Positions 39,133 through 53,106 of a DNA stretch of 64,000 nt are shown here, piece by piece. The position numbers and the translations under genes are program-made. The stretch spans positions 19,654,001 to 19,718,000 of the forward strand of contig JBHGNT010000012.1 of assembly GCA_043228905.1 (NCBI GenBank), written 5' to 3'. A model generated the notes under the pieces. That model was not told the DNA's origin. It worked only from the letters and a program-made list of their open reading frames with translations, and ran no database searches. Numbering within the stretch: position 1 is the stretch's first letter; every line of letters begins with the position of its first letter. The DNA comes from Azolla caroliniana. Lineage: Eukaryota > Plantae > Polypodiophyta.

Positions 39133-40881
39133 GTTAATTAGGGTGGGAGGAAGTTGCGTGATCAAAGTGAAGTAAAAGTACCCAAAAAGCAAGAAAGCAG
39201 AAAGCAGAAAGCAAAAAGCAAAACACAGACACACAGACACACACATTGCTTTTTCGATTGATATACACACAGACCCACCCTCACAATGTAAGCTTCAGGT
39301 GGTGGTGGTGGTGGTGGTGGTGGTGGTTTTTGATTGTGAGCAGAGGAAGAAGGCCATCTCTTCTCCTTCCTCTGTTCCTCAAGAGCTCAGCAGATCAGAC
39401 GCCATAGCTCACAGGTATGTATGTTCTACCCCTCCTCCTTCATTTGGGTCCCCCTTTTTTTTCTTCCAAAAGAGAAAAAACTCCCCCCTTTTTTCTTGTT
39501 TGACCTTGTCTCTGCAAAATCTCTCCCGTTTTTTTTTGTTTTTTTTTGTTGTTGTTGCTTTTGCTGCACCTTATCTATGTGTCCATCGACTGAAGAGGCG
39601 GATTTATATTCGTTGTTGTCTTTTTTTTCTTAGCTCTGTTATTTGCACTGAAGAGGCGGATCTAGACTATCGCCAGCTTATTCTGTCCTGATTTCTTGTT
39701 GAAAAGCTTTTGTTAGATAAAATTCCTGTCACATCTATGTGTCCTAACCATAGATTCCTCGAGAGTTTTTCTTCGTGTGATAATATACTATACCCATGCA
39801 TATTTGATTTATGCTATATATGTTGAGTTTTGCCTGTTTTAATGGCTTTTTCTACCCTAGTTTTTGCTTTATTTTTAGTTCTTTTCTTCAACCGTGTCTC
39901 CCACACACAAAAATAAGTATCTGTTTTAGTTTGAAAAGAGGCAGGTCATTCTACTTTTAATGGCTCAAACCTTTAGGATAAATGTTTTTCTAATGTTTTT
40001 ATGCTCTGATTGGGTGTTATTTTTGCTCCTTTGCAACCCTTTTTCATCTCAACACCAAAAGAAATATCTGTTGTTTAAGGAGAGCAAGCATGCTCTATTC
40101 GAAAGCTTTAAACATTAGGATATATGTTACAATGGTTTAAGATTTAGGAGAATAAATGGCCAATGGTTGGAACTTTAGTATTGTTATTTGTATGGTTTAA
40201 ACTTTAGGATGTATATATAGGATAAATGTTGTATTACTAAACTTTAGGATATATATATAGGATAAATGTTGTATTACTAAACTTTAGGATAAAATGTTCT
40301 GTAGTTTAAACTTTGGGATAAAATGTTCTATGGGCTAAAGATTAGGATGATGAATGTTCAATGGTTGAAAAATTCTGTACAGTGGTTTAAAGCTTACTAT
40401 ACATACGAGCTCTATACTTTTTAATAGTTTTGTTCTTTTACAATCCTTTTCTGTCAGAAAAAGACACTATTTGTCTATGAAAAATACACCGTTTGTGTAT
40501 CAAAAAGAGGTTAAAAATATAAATTCATGAAACATTTCTTTTCGCATTTCACTCATGAAATTATTTCTGTGGGCTTTATATCCATATATCTGTTTCTCTC
40601 TCGGATGTTTTAAGCAATTTGTTACATAGATGACAAGAAACATAAAGAGTGGAAATGTTTTAGATATTCCTCATTTCAAATGAAATACTGGATTCTTCAT
40701 ATTAAATCCTTGAATGAAGTAATACATATAAGGTATAACCTGACAAAAACAGTTGGAGATGCATTTTTTACAGGAATCTGTCACTGAAGTTTCCTCTGAG
40801 AATTTGAAGAGCTTAATTTAAACCGGAAGTTTTGGTATTAAAAGCTTGCTGTGTAAGAGCTACATAAGTGGCTGGTCAAAA

Positions 40882-43689
40882 ATGGTGAGCATTCGGAAAA
40901 GGCGACATCTTGGCATACAAGGTATGTGCTCACTTGTGTGTACATACCATGTGAAGATACACAAGCTAACACACACTCTTATATACATGTATGCCATTGT
41001 CCCCAAAATGTGTGTCATTTTGGAAATTCCTCAAACTTGATTGGTAGTTTTGGACTTATGGCGTAGTTAAATGACATTTCCATAATTTTCCCATATCTGT
41101 GTATACATATATATCTATACAGAGAAGATGCGCCTGAATCTGATGCATAATCCAATTGTTTTTTTCTGTTCTTACACCTATGAGTATTGTATGAGTGCTG
41201 TATTTGCTTATAAGAGCTGCAATCTAAAGGGAAAAATTGAATCTCTGTATTTTGGAAATCAGTTTTTCCCTTTGACAAAATTTGTGTTGCTTTTCAGAGC
41301 GATACAAAATTCTGAACCAGCTCAATAGACAGAATCATACCTCAGAACATAAAGTGATCCCATTAGAGAATTCATTTCCAAGAGTGAACGTGCATCCATT
41401 CCAAATCAAGATTGATAAAAAAGAGGTTAGTAAAGTTAGCAATTTGGTACTATATGTCGAGAAAGGTAAAAAACTCATGACTCCTTTTTATTAATACTTT
41501 TTCATAACAAAATTTATGATCAATCATCATAGTTTGTTCATAATCAAATTCTGTGTAATTTCGTCTTCTTCTTCTTCTTATTTTCACTCTAGGAATTTTG
41601 TTCATGTATAAGTTGGAGTGGAATGATCAATGATAATGATTTTTAAAATGTTTTTATCACATTTAATATTAGGCACTTGGAAAAAGAAGACTCTAGGAAT
41701 ATATAAATTAGAGTGCAATGAAAAACGATGATGATTTTTAGAACATGTTTATTTCTTTGGGTGTTAGTTACTTGTAAATAAAACCTACATTCCTCATTAT
41801 TATTCATTTTTAGTGTCATGTTGTTTTAATGCAGAATTCAGAAGTGCAACCTGAAACCTCAGTGTCGATAAGTGTTAATCTAACCAAGGCTTTGAATAAC
41901 AATCCTCCAGGTAAGAATTTGCCCTCTTAAAATGTATTTCCTAGCATTTGTTAATTCTGAATTATATCTCTCAATCATTTTTACTTTTTATATGTTTGAA
42001 ACAGGCTTTATTAAGTGTAATACTGGCATTTCGAAGTCTTTAAAATGAATTGATTAATCTTTTTGTTCTCCTTGTTTTGCATATTCTTTTTCTTTCCCTC
42101 GACACAGTTTGGAAGCAAAGATTTGCATTACTTCTTACTTAGTAGGTCATGCGTTTTTTTATTCCAGTGCTAATGCTTTACATTGCCATTTTCTTTCTAT
42201 TATTGTTTTTCTAGCTTCAATACCGAAGATCAGAAAACCTTCCAGAAGAAAACAGACGGATAATCAAGAATCTTGTATGTTGCGAGGTGTCTACTTTAAG
42301 AACATGAAATGGCAAGCTGCCATCAAAGTAGAGAAGAAGCAAATCCATCTCGGAACTGTTGCTTCCATGGAAGAAGCAGCTCATCTCTATGACAGGTTGG
42401 TTCCTCTCAAAAATAAAACGGAATCAAAATCTTTAAAATATCCCCAAACAAGTCTTTCTTTATTCCCCCAAAGGCCCCTCAGATTTGATTTATTCCCCTA
42501 AATGTGCTTATTCTTGTGTAACTCCTGTAGTTGACTATCGTATAAGCAATTGCTGAAAAATTCAGTGCATATGTCAGAGTTTTATCCCCTCACAAACATA
42601 CAATTATGCAATACAAATAGTATTTCTTACTGAAGAATATACCTTTTTTATCATAAAAATACTAATCTACATATATAGTTTGTTTATACTAATGAACATG
42701 GTACCTTTTCAATTGATAAAAGGGCTGCATACCTATGTGGAAGAGTACCAAATTTCAAGCTATCAGAGGAGGAGAAACAAGAACTAGAGGGTCTCCAATG
42801 GGAAGACTTTCTTCAGATGACAAAAGAAGCGATTGCAAACAAAAGTAAGCATGGTTTAAAGGTTTTGGGAATTATGTCTTTTTTGGACTTTGTTTTAGAC
42901 TAAAAAATAAAAAATAGCATTATAGCTTGACGGCATTTATCCGAATATATATATATATATATATATCACAAGTTTTAAAAAGGTACCATAAAATTTTACC
43001 ACTATTATTATTGGTAATTTTTTGAAAACTTAGGGTAAAATTACCTCTACACAAGGGTATTTATCATAGTAGTAACTAAAATCTATTAGGGGCAGTGGGG
43101 CTATTATGGTGATTTTTGTAACTAGGGTATGCCCCTTAAAATTCCTCCTAATTCCTCCCTATACATCCTCTGTTCTAATTAGAGAGTGAGAGGAGATGAT
43201 TTTAGAAAACTTAGAAGTAAATTTTAGTAGTACAGAGCGATATTGTTTTTGAAAACTAACTTGTAAAATATGAAATGCTGAAATGTGTGCCAAAGATTTG
43301 AGATGGTAGAAATCATTTCCGGAACTATGGTTTATATAGGGCTAAGAGTCTAAACCATTCGACCGAATCCAAAATACCCATTGAGTTTGAGTTTGAGTTT
43401 GAGTTTTGAGTTTGGATTCTGATTCTATACTATACCATATCCCCTCTCTCCCTTCCTTGCAGAGAAACAGAAACGAGTAGACACCTGCATGAAACGGCGG
43501 CGGGTGATAGAGGGTGGTGACCAGATGAATGTAGTCGTACCTTTCAATCATCCAACATGTGTTAGTGGACATCAAAATACCGGTTCCTTTGAACCACAAC
43601 AATCAGTGCCTCACAACAACCAACAAAAAATAGCACTGCCTCCTCTATACCAGGAACCATCTTCCATCCCTGACACATCTTTCTTCTAA
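40882..43689 (+). CDS. Atypical AP2-domain protein, At4g13040-like (ethylene-responsive TF-like), 6 coding exons
   Basis: Exons 40882-40921 (MVSIRKRRHLG), 41298-41425, 41835-41910, 42215-42395, 42723-42844 and 43463-43689, GT-AG and in phase. Motif MLRGVYFKNMKWQAAIKVEKKQIHLGTVAS.EEAAHLYDRAAYLCGR.PNF.LSEEEKQEL. Probable 5' UTR exon ending ~39414. Confidence 0.88.
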
Positions 43690-46625
43690 ACTCTGACTAA
43701 AAAATTCTCCACTAAATTCTCTCCTCGTATGTTCCCCTATATTTTTGGTTTTACGTTAACCTTGATTGCCCATCAATTATCTCGGACTGATATATTGTTT
43801 TAGCAATCGTTGGTATTTTTTTGCCTGCCTATTTCAAAATGATTACCCCTGTATCATAATTGTGGGGTATAAATCAAATCTTCACCTTTTGAAAATGAGT
43901 AATCACAAGTCTATCAGAGCACATTGAGTGTTGTGTAACTATATGATTGATGGTAATACATGTAACCCCCTGTCCCCCACCCCGCCTTTCTTTTCCCCAT
44001 CAAAAAAAGTTCACATGGTTCTTGTTTACTGTTGAGAACTTGAGGTTACACATTTTATATAACTTGTTTTTATATTTTTCTCATTAGTTACCTTCTCATT
44101 CATGCAATGTTTTCATTTCCTGTCCTTACTATGTAAAAGCTTCCATGACGCGGCATTGTCTTAAGTTATGATTTATTTACGCTGCAATGCTATGTAAACA
44201 ATAAAGTATAGGAGCGTCTTCCATCATGAGTATAAAACAGGTGTAATGTAGAAAAGAATAAATCAGAGTTTATCGAAAATAGCTGGTTTGTTATGTATCA
44301 TGCTATATCTTTTAGAATTGTCCTTATTGCATATGTTCGTTTAAATAGTCTGTAACTCATGTTAAAGCATAGGAGCTTATTCCATCATGAGTTTAAAACA
44401 AGTACAAATTGGAGTTTATTGAAGATAGCTGGTTTGTTATGCTTAGTCATATTCTTTTAGAATTTTTCTTATTGTATGCTTGTCATATTGTTTTTATTTT
44501 ATTCATATGTTCATTTGAATAGTCTGTTACTCTTGCAAGTTCTTAGTGTCCTAAAAAGTAGTCTCACTTGTAATCTTGAACTAGGTGTAAAAGGTAAATA
44601 TATTTGTCTATCCTTAGAAGATAAAGGACAGAACTACTTAGAATTAAATTAAAAAGTGATAGATGAGTGAAACAATTCAAATGCAATTAGTGATTGAAGG
44701 TGTTGAAAACTTTATTGTTAAACTTGGATCTAGTTAATCAAGAGAGGAACTTTCACAAAATGACTAACTAAAACCTTGTGCTTTACACCAAGAAATTGGA
44801 AGCTATTTTGTAGTAAGAAAGGTATATTAACGTCTTTTAAGGAAAGGACTACATGGAGTATCTAATACCAAGACTAAATGTGAGATGTACAATAATCCAA
44901 GGTATAAAGGAGGGAGGTTTATAGGGAAATTTGAGAAAAGTCAAGAATGATATAAAAGGTGCCAAGAGATCAAACAAAAGGGAGAGATGATATGGGGTTT
45001 CTTGGTGGTGATCCCTTCAAATGGATGAAGCGTTTTGTGAGGAAGCTTTTTATAAACAAGGTGGTTTTGTAATTTTTATGAACAAGGAGTTTGAGCTATT
45101 CTATGATTAAACCTTTCAAACTAGGTAGGGCACTGAGGAATGTAACTATAGGTATTGAGTGCTTTTCTCTTGTTTTGATCTTGGATCCCATAAAGTCTTA
45201 TACCTTGATGATTAAAGGTAGAACACTTGCTATTGATGTGTCCAACAAATCCTTGATGTAGCACTAATAAAAGATCGGGGGAAGTGTCTTAGAAGTTAAA
45301 TAGGCATACACATTGCCATAAATTTACTTCCCACATGAATAGTCATTGCTTCACTTATAACCAATAAGAGTAATTGAATGAAATTATTGTGTACAAAAAA
45401 TTTGATAAGCTACACATGTACAACTAGGTCCAAAAACAGTGGTAATATGGAGGGAAAGTGCAATGTCCTTGGACACTAGGTATATTGATGTATAACACAA
45501 CAGAGAGAAGGTAAACCAGATGCAAGATACAATATACAAACAAGTTGTGGAGGCTTCTCGAATCGATCTGCCAAAGAGTGTAGGTTCTATATTTTCTGGT
45601 ATTATGTAGAAGGTGGCTTTTGGGCAATGAAGAGATCATCCTCAAAAGGAGAATCGATCTTCATAGAGGATGTCAAGGAACTTATGTCTTCAAAAGATAC
45701 ATGGATGACAATATTTCTCATGAGCAAAGAGTCACACCAAGTTTTGTCTATAAATTGGATGACAATATGAAGGTGTCTTTGAAGGCATAGGAGAGGGCAT
45801 TGTGAAGGTAAAGATACAGGCCACAGAAATTAGGTGCAAAGAATGACTAACCATGAGATGACTAGCACCAGATGTAAAGAAATAATAAGCAGTTGGTAGT
45901 GTAAAGATTAATCATGGTGGCTGCAGGTGAATGTATCGCAGATGATGGACAGGGTTGGTGGGGGGAAAACAACACTTAACCTTTTGGTTGGTCCCGCACT
46001 ATCGGATTTTACTTTGTGAAATTCAAACCTTTAAAAATATTGATTGAATATCTGAATATCTCAAAAGGTATTAATTTTGGTTCCATGTCTATTCTTATAT
46101 TAATCATCAAAACTTTAAAGGAACTTAAGGTTTTAACCATGAAATACTGAATCTGTACTTGAACGCCCCACTTGTTGCTGAAATTGATAGCATAAACATT
46201 CATAAATGAATCGATAATCTTGGCGCCCAAGACAAACTAGAGCATTAATCAAATAAAATGAAAGCATAAGGTTCCTTATTTTGCATGCATGCTAAAAGAA
46301 AGAACAAAATATTCTCACCTTATAATGACAGAGATGTATTGAATTCCATTATAATAGAATTCTCTCACCTTACAATGACAGTGATGAGTTGAATTCCCTT
46401 TTGTAGGATTCTGTTCCCTTAAGATGATATTGATGAATTGAATAACAAAAATACAAAAATTTATACAGATTATCCAAAACAGTGTTAAGCAATTCATTCA
46501 TGGTTCTCTCTCTCTGTACAACTGTCTCGTGACAACATTTACCCAATATTTTTGTCACCCATGGCATTTTCGCATTAAGAAAAGACCATATTGTTCAAGA
46601 TATAACCATATAGAAAACATTTATT

Positions 46626-48419
46626 TTACCAACCGTATTTGGCTTGTGTTTCGGACTTTGACATGTAACCCCTAGATCTTCTTTCAGCGAGCTCCATTTC
46701 TTTCTGTTTCATGTCAAAATAAAGAGTTCCAATTTGATGTTTCCTCCTATGTAGCTTTGATGGTTTTCCTTTGGTCGACACAGGCTGTGGGTTACAAAAA
46801 GCATAGTTTTATCATTGCAAACAGAAACATGAATATTTCAAAATATCAATTTCAAATAACAACCCAACAATGATGATGGCAAAATCAGTGTTGGGACGCA
46901 CAAGTTTGATCCATGTAGATCAAAATACGTTACACCTATGCCCAATGAGCTTCAAGAATACCAAATAAAACACATGGGCAAAGACAATGATCCATCAAGG
47001 AAATGTAGTTCGATATTTGGGGAAATAGAGAAGAACTCAGGAGCATTTTGGGAGTTTTACTGCAATTTCGACTCTTCTTAAACATAGAAAGATTGACCAC
47101 AAACATAAAGATTGACTATAAACAATAAGTGGATGCAATGTTAATAAAGATTCCTCAAAATAATGAAGATACTAAAACTTTACCTGGTACGCAGGTCCAA
47201 ATGCAATGCCGGTGGCCCTGATCTGATCCTCCCTTACTTTATTGACTGTTAACTCTGATTGTTTCACTTCAATCACAGTGGGGGGTGCATGCTTACCACC
47301 ACCTTTCCTTCTCTCTTTCATCAGAATATTAGCAAGAGGATCCTCTGTAGTTTCCACACCTTGCATTTCTTCATGTGCCATTGTTGCATGATAATCGTGA
47401 ATTGGCATACCACTGTACTCATTTGACAGCACACATGCATCATGAGAAGTAATTGATGTTGGCCACTGAGATTCGTTCTCATTAATTTTCACACCTTGTG
47501 TATAATCCGAGTTATATGTCATCCATTGAGATTGTTCCTCATTACTTTGCAAACCTTGTGGATAATCCGAGCTATAATTCGCCCAAGCTCCGATAGAACT
47601 ACCTACATTCATATCATTTGGAAAATCTACAGCGACAGGAGGTTGATTAGCTTTGATTGAATGTCCGTTGAATTGTCCCGAAGAGATGGGCACCCCATTG
47701 TCAGGATTTGGGCGGATATCATTCGTTGTGATATGACTGGAGAAAATACCCTCTGGACGGACATCATTTTTCTCGGGTTGCACGATAGATTCGGCAAAAA
47801 TAGCCTCTTTTTTCTTAGAATGATCATCATTTACCTCAAGAGCCATACGGCCTGATGAAGAGTGCCCACTTCCAAGACCAAGAGATGATCCCGTATACTT
47901 TGGTTTGGGCAAAATGGCTGCCAAACCTTTAGATTTCTCAGAGTCAGCTGCTAATCTCTTTGCTCTAGCTCTTGAGTATTCATCATCATCATCATCTTCT
48001 TTTAAGGCGGATATGTTGATGGCTGGCCTAAACTCCACAACACGTTTCGAGCCTCGGGTTAAAGGCTCCGATTGTAAGGAAGGATCTGGAAAAGCATTTG
48101 AGCTTCTCGGCGGTGGCAAAGCGCTAAATAAAGAGCTTTTCTTTCCCGAAAAAGCTGAGCCCGACTTATCTTCAAACTTTGACCTATAGTCTGAAACCCT
48201 AACCTGAAGAGAGCTTTCTGTTTTCATGGGATCTCCAGAACTATCTCTTCCTGAAGCTTCTTTTGGAGGCGGCAAGGAAGAGAACAGAGGAGATGCACGC
48301 GAGGAAGAAGACTTACCCGAAGAATGAAGAGACGTTGGATATGGAACAGAAGAAGATTTCTGATGTGGGTTCGATTCCTCTTCGTCATCGGAGGCGTAAT
48401 TCGCGAGTAAAGCGTCCAT
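46626..48419 (-). CDS. PRCC: PRCC-family (proline-rich mitotic checkpoint / PRCC_Cterm) protein, 2 exons
   Basis: Starts MDALLANYASDDEE and has LFSSLPPPK motifs. Exon 1 48419-47184 ends GIAFGPAYQ|GT. Exon 2 46784-46626 reads PVSTKGKPSKLHRRKHQIGTLYFDMKQKEMELAERRSRG...ETQAKYGW*. Confidence 0.9.
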
Positions 48420-51400
48420 GGTTTCTTCGACAGCAGAGACTACAACAGAAGAAAGGGAGGAGCAAGAGAAGAAGAAGAAGAAGAAGAAGAAGAAAGAGAG
48501 TATAAAACAGAAATTGCCCAAATACCCCTCACATTTTGGATATTTACCATAATACCCTTGTATTGGAAAAAGATTTACATGTAGGTATTCGGTTTTGGTT
48601 CCTTGGCCTAATACCCTAAACCAAACAATTTTAAGGAAAAGGTGCAATTGAACCACTTAAACCGAACCGTTTTAAGGAAAATGTGAACACAAACCGTTTA
48701 CACGGGATAGAGGGAGCATGCGCGAGGGAACTTGGAAAGCACTGCAAAATTAGGGCAAGAGGAAACGGCTAAACAAGAAACTGGTAACGATTAAGTTGAG
48801 CCACTTAAACCAAAAGCTGATCAGTTGACAAATTGATAAGCTCCAGTTTTAGAATCAAACCAAACTGTTCAATTATATTCAAGCCAAAAGTTTGTTAAAC
48901 CACGACCTATTGGTTCAATTTGGTTTGATCCAAAGCGGAACCCATAGCTATTTGCACATGTATGCTTGGATCATGAGTGAATATCAACACTAAATGTAAA
49001 AAATCAATTCTTGTCTATTCGGTTGCCCATCAGGAAACGATGCATTGATGAAACGTGAACCTATCATCTTTGTTCCCACATTGAGTTTACCATTGTGTCA
49101 AAAATTAATGTTTGTGCTTTTTCGCCCTCTATGATTTTGGGTTCTTTTCTCCTTTACTTTGCAACATTGTCTCACTACTTGTGAATGGCTTTGTCCATAG
49201 ACAATCTCATTACATATGGTCTAGCTTGATGTGGGATGGGAGGCCTAATGATAGTCCCAATATTGGCTCCTAGTTAATGTTTAATATAGCTTTAATCATA
49301 GCGCTTGCTGCACCGATGTTGGAGACTTAGCAAGGGAAGAAGTGTGCTCTAGCACAATAGAAAACACACTAATAGCATATATCAATGTTGTGTTTTAGAA
49401 GGGGAATGTAAAGAATTGGTGGTGATTCTTGTGCAACGGAATAGACTAGAGATATGTGTTGTGACTGTGTGTGTGTGTATGAGAGAGAGAGAGAGAAACA
49501 AAAGATAGATAGATTTAAAACAAGAATAGAATACTCAAGTCAATGCATATTACAAAAGGAGATTAACCGAACTAGTTACAAAGTAGGAGGAGAGTGCTTT
49601 ATATAGTCACTCTCTCTCTTCATTAACTACCGAAGCTCATGGGTCATGGGGAATGTGAAAGCTCATTAGTTATGTGTCATAGAATATGATTCTATGACAC
49701 ATAGTTAATGTGTGGATAAGAGTGGTGACTTTTGACCTTTGAGTGCACACTCTCAAGGGTGTGTTCACACACTACTAGACTAGGTTGAGCTTGATTTTCA
49801 ACACGCCCCCTCAAGCTCAATTTTGGTCGACTACTTCAGTTAATGTCCGCTTCGGCTCGTATCCGGTTCGAACGGTATCCGGTACATCCAACTCGTACTC
49901 CCCCTCAAGCTTGGCAAGTCAAGGACCGTCAACCCAAGCTTTGACAGGAATTGCCGAAGCTTGTCGGCTCCTAGGGCTTTGGTGAAGATGTCGGCTGTCT
50001 GAAGATTCATAGACATATGTTGAAGGTCGACATGGCCAGCCTGAACACGCTCTTGAATGAAGTGATAGTGCACTTCGATATGCTTCGTGTGTGCGTGGAA
50101 CACCGGGTTCCGAGCCAGATAAATATTGCTCATGTTGTCGCAGTAAAGGAGAATTGGATCTTTGATGGGAACACCCAGATCCTTTAATATCCTCTTGAGC
50201 CATACAACTTCACATGCAGCCACCGCCGCGCCCCTGTATTCGGCCTCTGTGCTCGAAAGAGCGATGGTTGGTTGCTTCTTGCTACTCTAGGAGATGGCTC
50301 CACTTCCGAGGGAGAAGACAAAACCAGAGGTTGATCGTCGGTCGGCTTTGTAGCCTGCCCAGTGGACATCTGTGTACCCCTCGAGTTGAATTGGTGTGGC
50401 CGACTTATAGAGAATGCCATAGTCCATCGTTCCGCTCACGTATCGTACCACTCTCTTAGCACAATCCAAATGGATATCTCATGGCGTTTGCATGAACTGG
50501 CTAAGAATGTCGACCGGATAGCTTAGGTCAGGTCGAGTGATCGTGAGGTAGATAAGACTACCGATCAGTTGTCGATACTAAGTTGGCTCACACTTTGTGG
50601 TGCCAGAATTGGCATCAAGTTTGAGGTTTCGGTCGAGAGGTGTTGCCACAGACTTGCACTCAGTCGTCCCGAACTTGTATAACAAGTTCAGAATGTAGTG
50701 CCGTTGGGAGATCATAATCCCGGTTGGAGTCCGAATTACCTCGATGCCAAGGAAGTAGTTGAGCTCTTTCATGTCCGTCATCTCGAATTTGTTGGAAAGG
50801 AGGGATTTGACCTTGATGTCAATTAGATGCTCACCTCCAATGACCAGATCATCCACGTATAGGATGATGACGATTGGACTTTCGGAATCGCTTCTTACAT
50901 AGAGAGAATTGTCGGATTTTGACATTCAGAAGCCAATTCGATGAAGATATTGTGTTATCTTTGAGTGCCAAGCACGTGGTGCTTGCTTAAGGCCGTAGAG
51001 AGGCTTCTTAAGACGACAGATGGCTTTCGGATGAATGTTGGATTCGAAGCCGGGTGGTTGTACCATGTACACCTCCTCTTCTAATTCGCCTTGAAGAAAA
51101 GCATTCTTGACATCCATCTGGTGGAGGTGCCACCCTTTCGCTGTTGCAAGTGCTATCACGGTTCACACGGTTGTCATCTTTGCCACCGGGGCAAAGGTCT
51201 CTTCATAGTCGACGCCCTGTGTTTGTGCGTAGCCCTTTGCTATGAGTTGAGCTTTGTAGCGGTTGACGGAACCGTCGGCATTATACTTCATTTTGTATAT
51301 CCATCTGCAACCGATTGCCTTCTTGTGCAGTGAGTGAGGGACTAGATCCCATGTCTCATTCTTGCTGAGAGCTTGCATCTCCTTGTTCATCGCTTCGACC

Positions 51401-53106
51401 CATCGAGGATCTTTAGTGGCTTCGGCAAAAATCTCCAGTTCTCGAACTGTTGCCACCTTCATCATAAAGGCATAGTGGTATGCCATATAGTCGTTGTAGC
51501 TGAATCGGCTAACCGGATTCTTCTCTCGGGTGGAGTGACGGAGTTTCTCATTTGCCGATGTGAGCGCTTTCTCAACTCCGGGTGACCTCATAATAGGCAC
51601 ATCAAAGCCATCGAACTCACTATCGAGTGAATGAGTCAATTCGATGCCATCGAAGTGATTGTCCTCATATTCCGGCATTTTGGCCTTCCCTTTGTCCATC
51701 TTTGGACTTGGCCAAGATGAACTTTGGTTGCTCGGAGGCTCTTGTGGTCCGCTCAATCTAGTTGAGATCGGACTCTCTTCGAGTATTGACCTTAGTTGAT
51801 CATCGTCTTCTGTGTTGTCGAGGTCGTTCGTAGATGGTTCGGGAGGAGTCGGCTCGGGTTTGTACCATGATGTTGATTCGTCAAAGACGACATCCCGACT
51901 TACACGAGTCTTCCGAGTAGAGGGGTTGAAGCACTTGTACCCCTTTTGCTCTTGTGAGTACCCCACGAGGATGCACTTCTCTGATTTTGGGTCAAGCTTC
52001 TGCCGCTTCTCATCAGGAATGTGCACGTATGCAATGGAGCCAAATATCCTTACATGGGATAGATCTGGCTTCTTCCCATAGTATTTCTCGTGCGGGGTGA
52101 CCTCGTGCACTCGGGATGTTGTGCACCAGTTCATGAGGTAGACTACGGTATTTGCAGCTTCTGCCCAATATGACTTGGGCATATGCTTCTCATTTAGCAT
52201 GGCCCTTGCTACTTCGAGGATGTGCTGATTCTTGCATTCGACTACACCGTTCTATTGTGGTGTGTGTCGGCAAGTGAATTCTCGCCGAATTCCTTCTTCT
52301 TGAAGGTATGCCGTGAATGCATCGGAGAAGTATTCCTTTCCTCTGTTTGACCGAAGACATCGTACATGACGCCTAGTTGTCTTTTTGACTTCGCTTTTGA
52401 ATTTTTGGAAGTGTGTAAACACTTCTCTCTTCATCCTCATGGGAAAGATCCATGTGTATCTAGAGAAGTCATCGATGAAGGTAACATAGTACCGACATCC
52501 TCCGAACGTAGTCGTCTGTGCCGGTCCCCACACATCCGAGTGGACTACATCCAATAGGCCTTTGCTCACGTTCCTCTCCTTCGGGAACGGGTGTCGATGT
52601 TGCTTGCCGAATTGGCAAGTGGCACACACGCCTTCAATCTCTTTCTCCGTGAATGTCTGGAGCCTGATGACGACTCCTTTTGATTGCATTGCCTTGAGCT
52701 TTTGGAGGTTTATATGGCCAATCCGCTTGTGCCATAACTCTATGTCGGTGTTGTGTTTGAGGCCCTTTGCAAACATGGCCGATTTTACCTCGTTCGCTTC
52801 GAGGATAAACATTCAGCCTTCCCTTCGACCACCAACAATTAGTCGGCCTTCCTTCTCGATGAAGCAACCTCCTTGGTTGAATTGAACTTGCATCCCTTGC
52901 TCCACAATTTGGCCGACCGAGACCAAATTCTTCGTTATAGTGGGTACATGTAAGACATTTTTTATGCAAGTTTGTTCACCTTCTTTTCCGAATGGGACGT
53001 TGTCGACATCCCGAATCGGATGCGTGGTGTCGTCTCCGGTCTCGACATAACCGGGTCGATCTGGCTGTCTAAGGTCTTTGAACCATTCTTGATGAGACAT
53101 CATATG

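Noticed and set aside
44200-45950. Possible gene or TE between the convergent AP2-like and PRCC genes
   Set aside because: Only a ~160-bp duplication and unrecognisable degraded sequence are present. No supportable call.
48420-48656. N-terminal extension of the 494-aa ORF
   Set aside because: It begins at a non-ATG codon and runs through a (CTT)n 5' UTR. The conserved PRCC start is MDALLANY at 48419.
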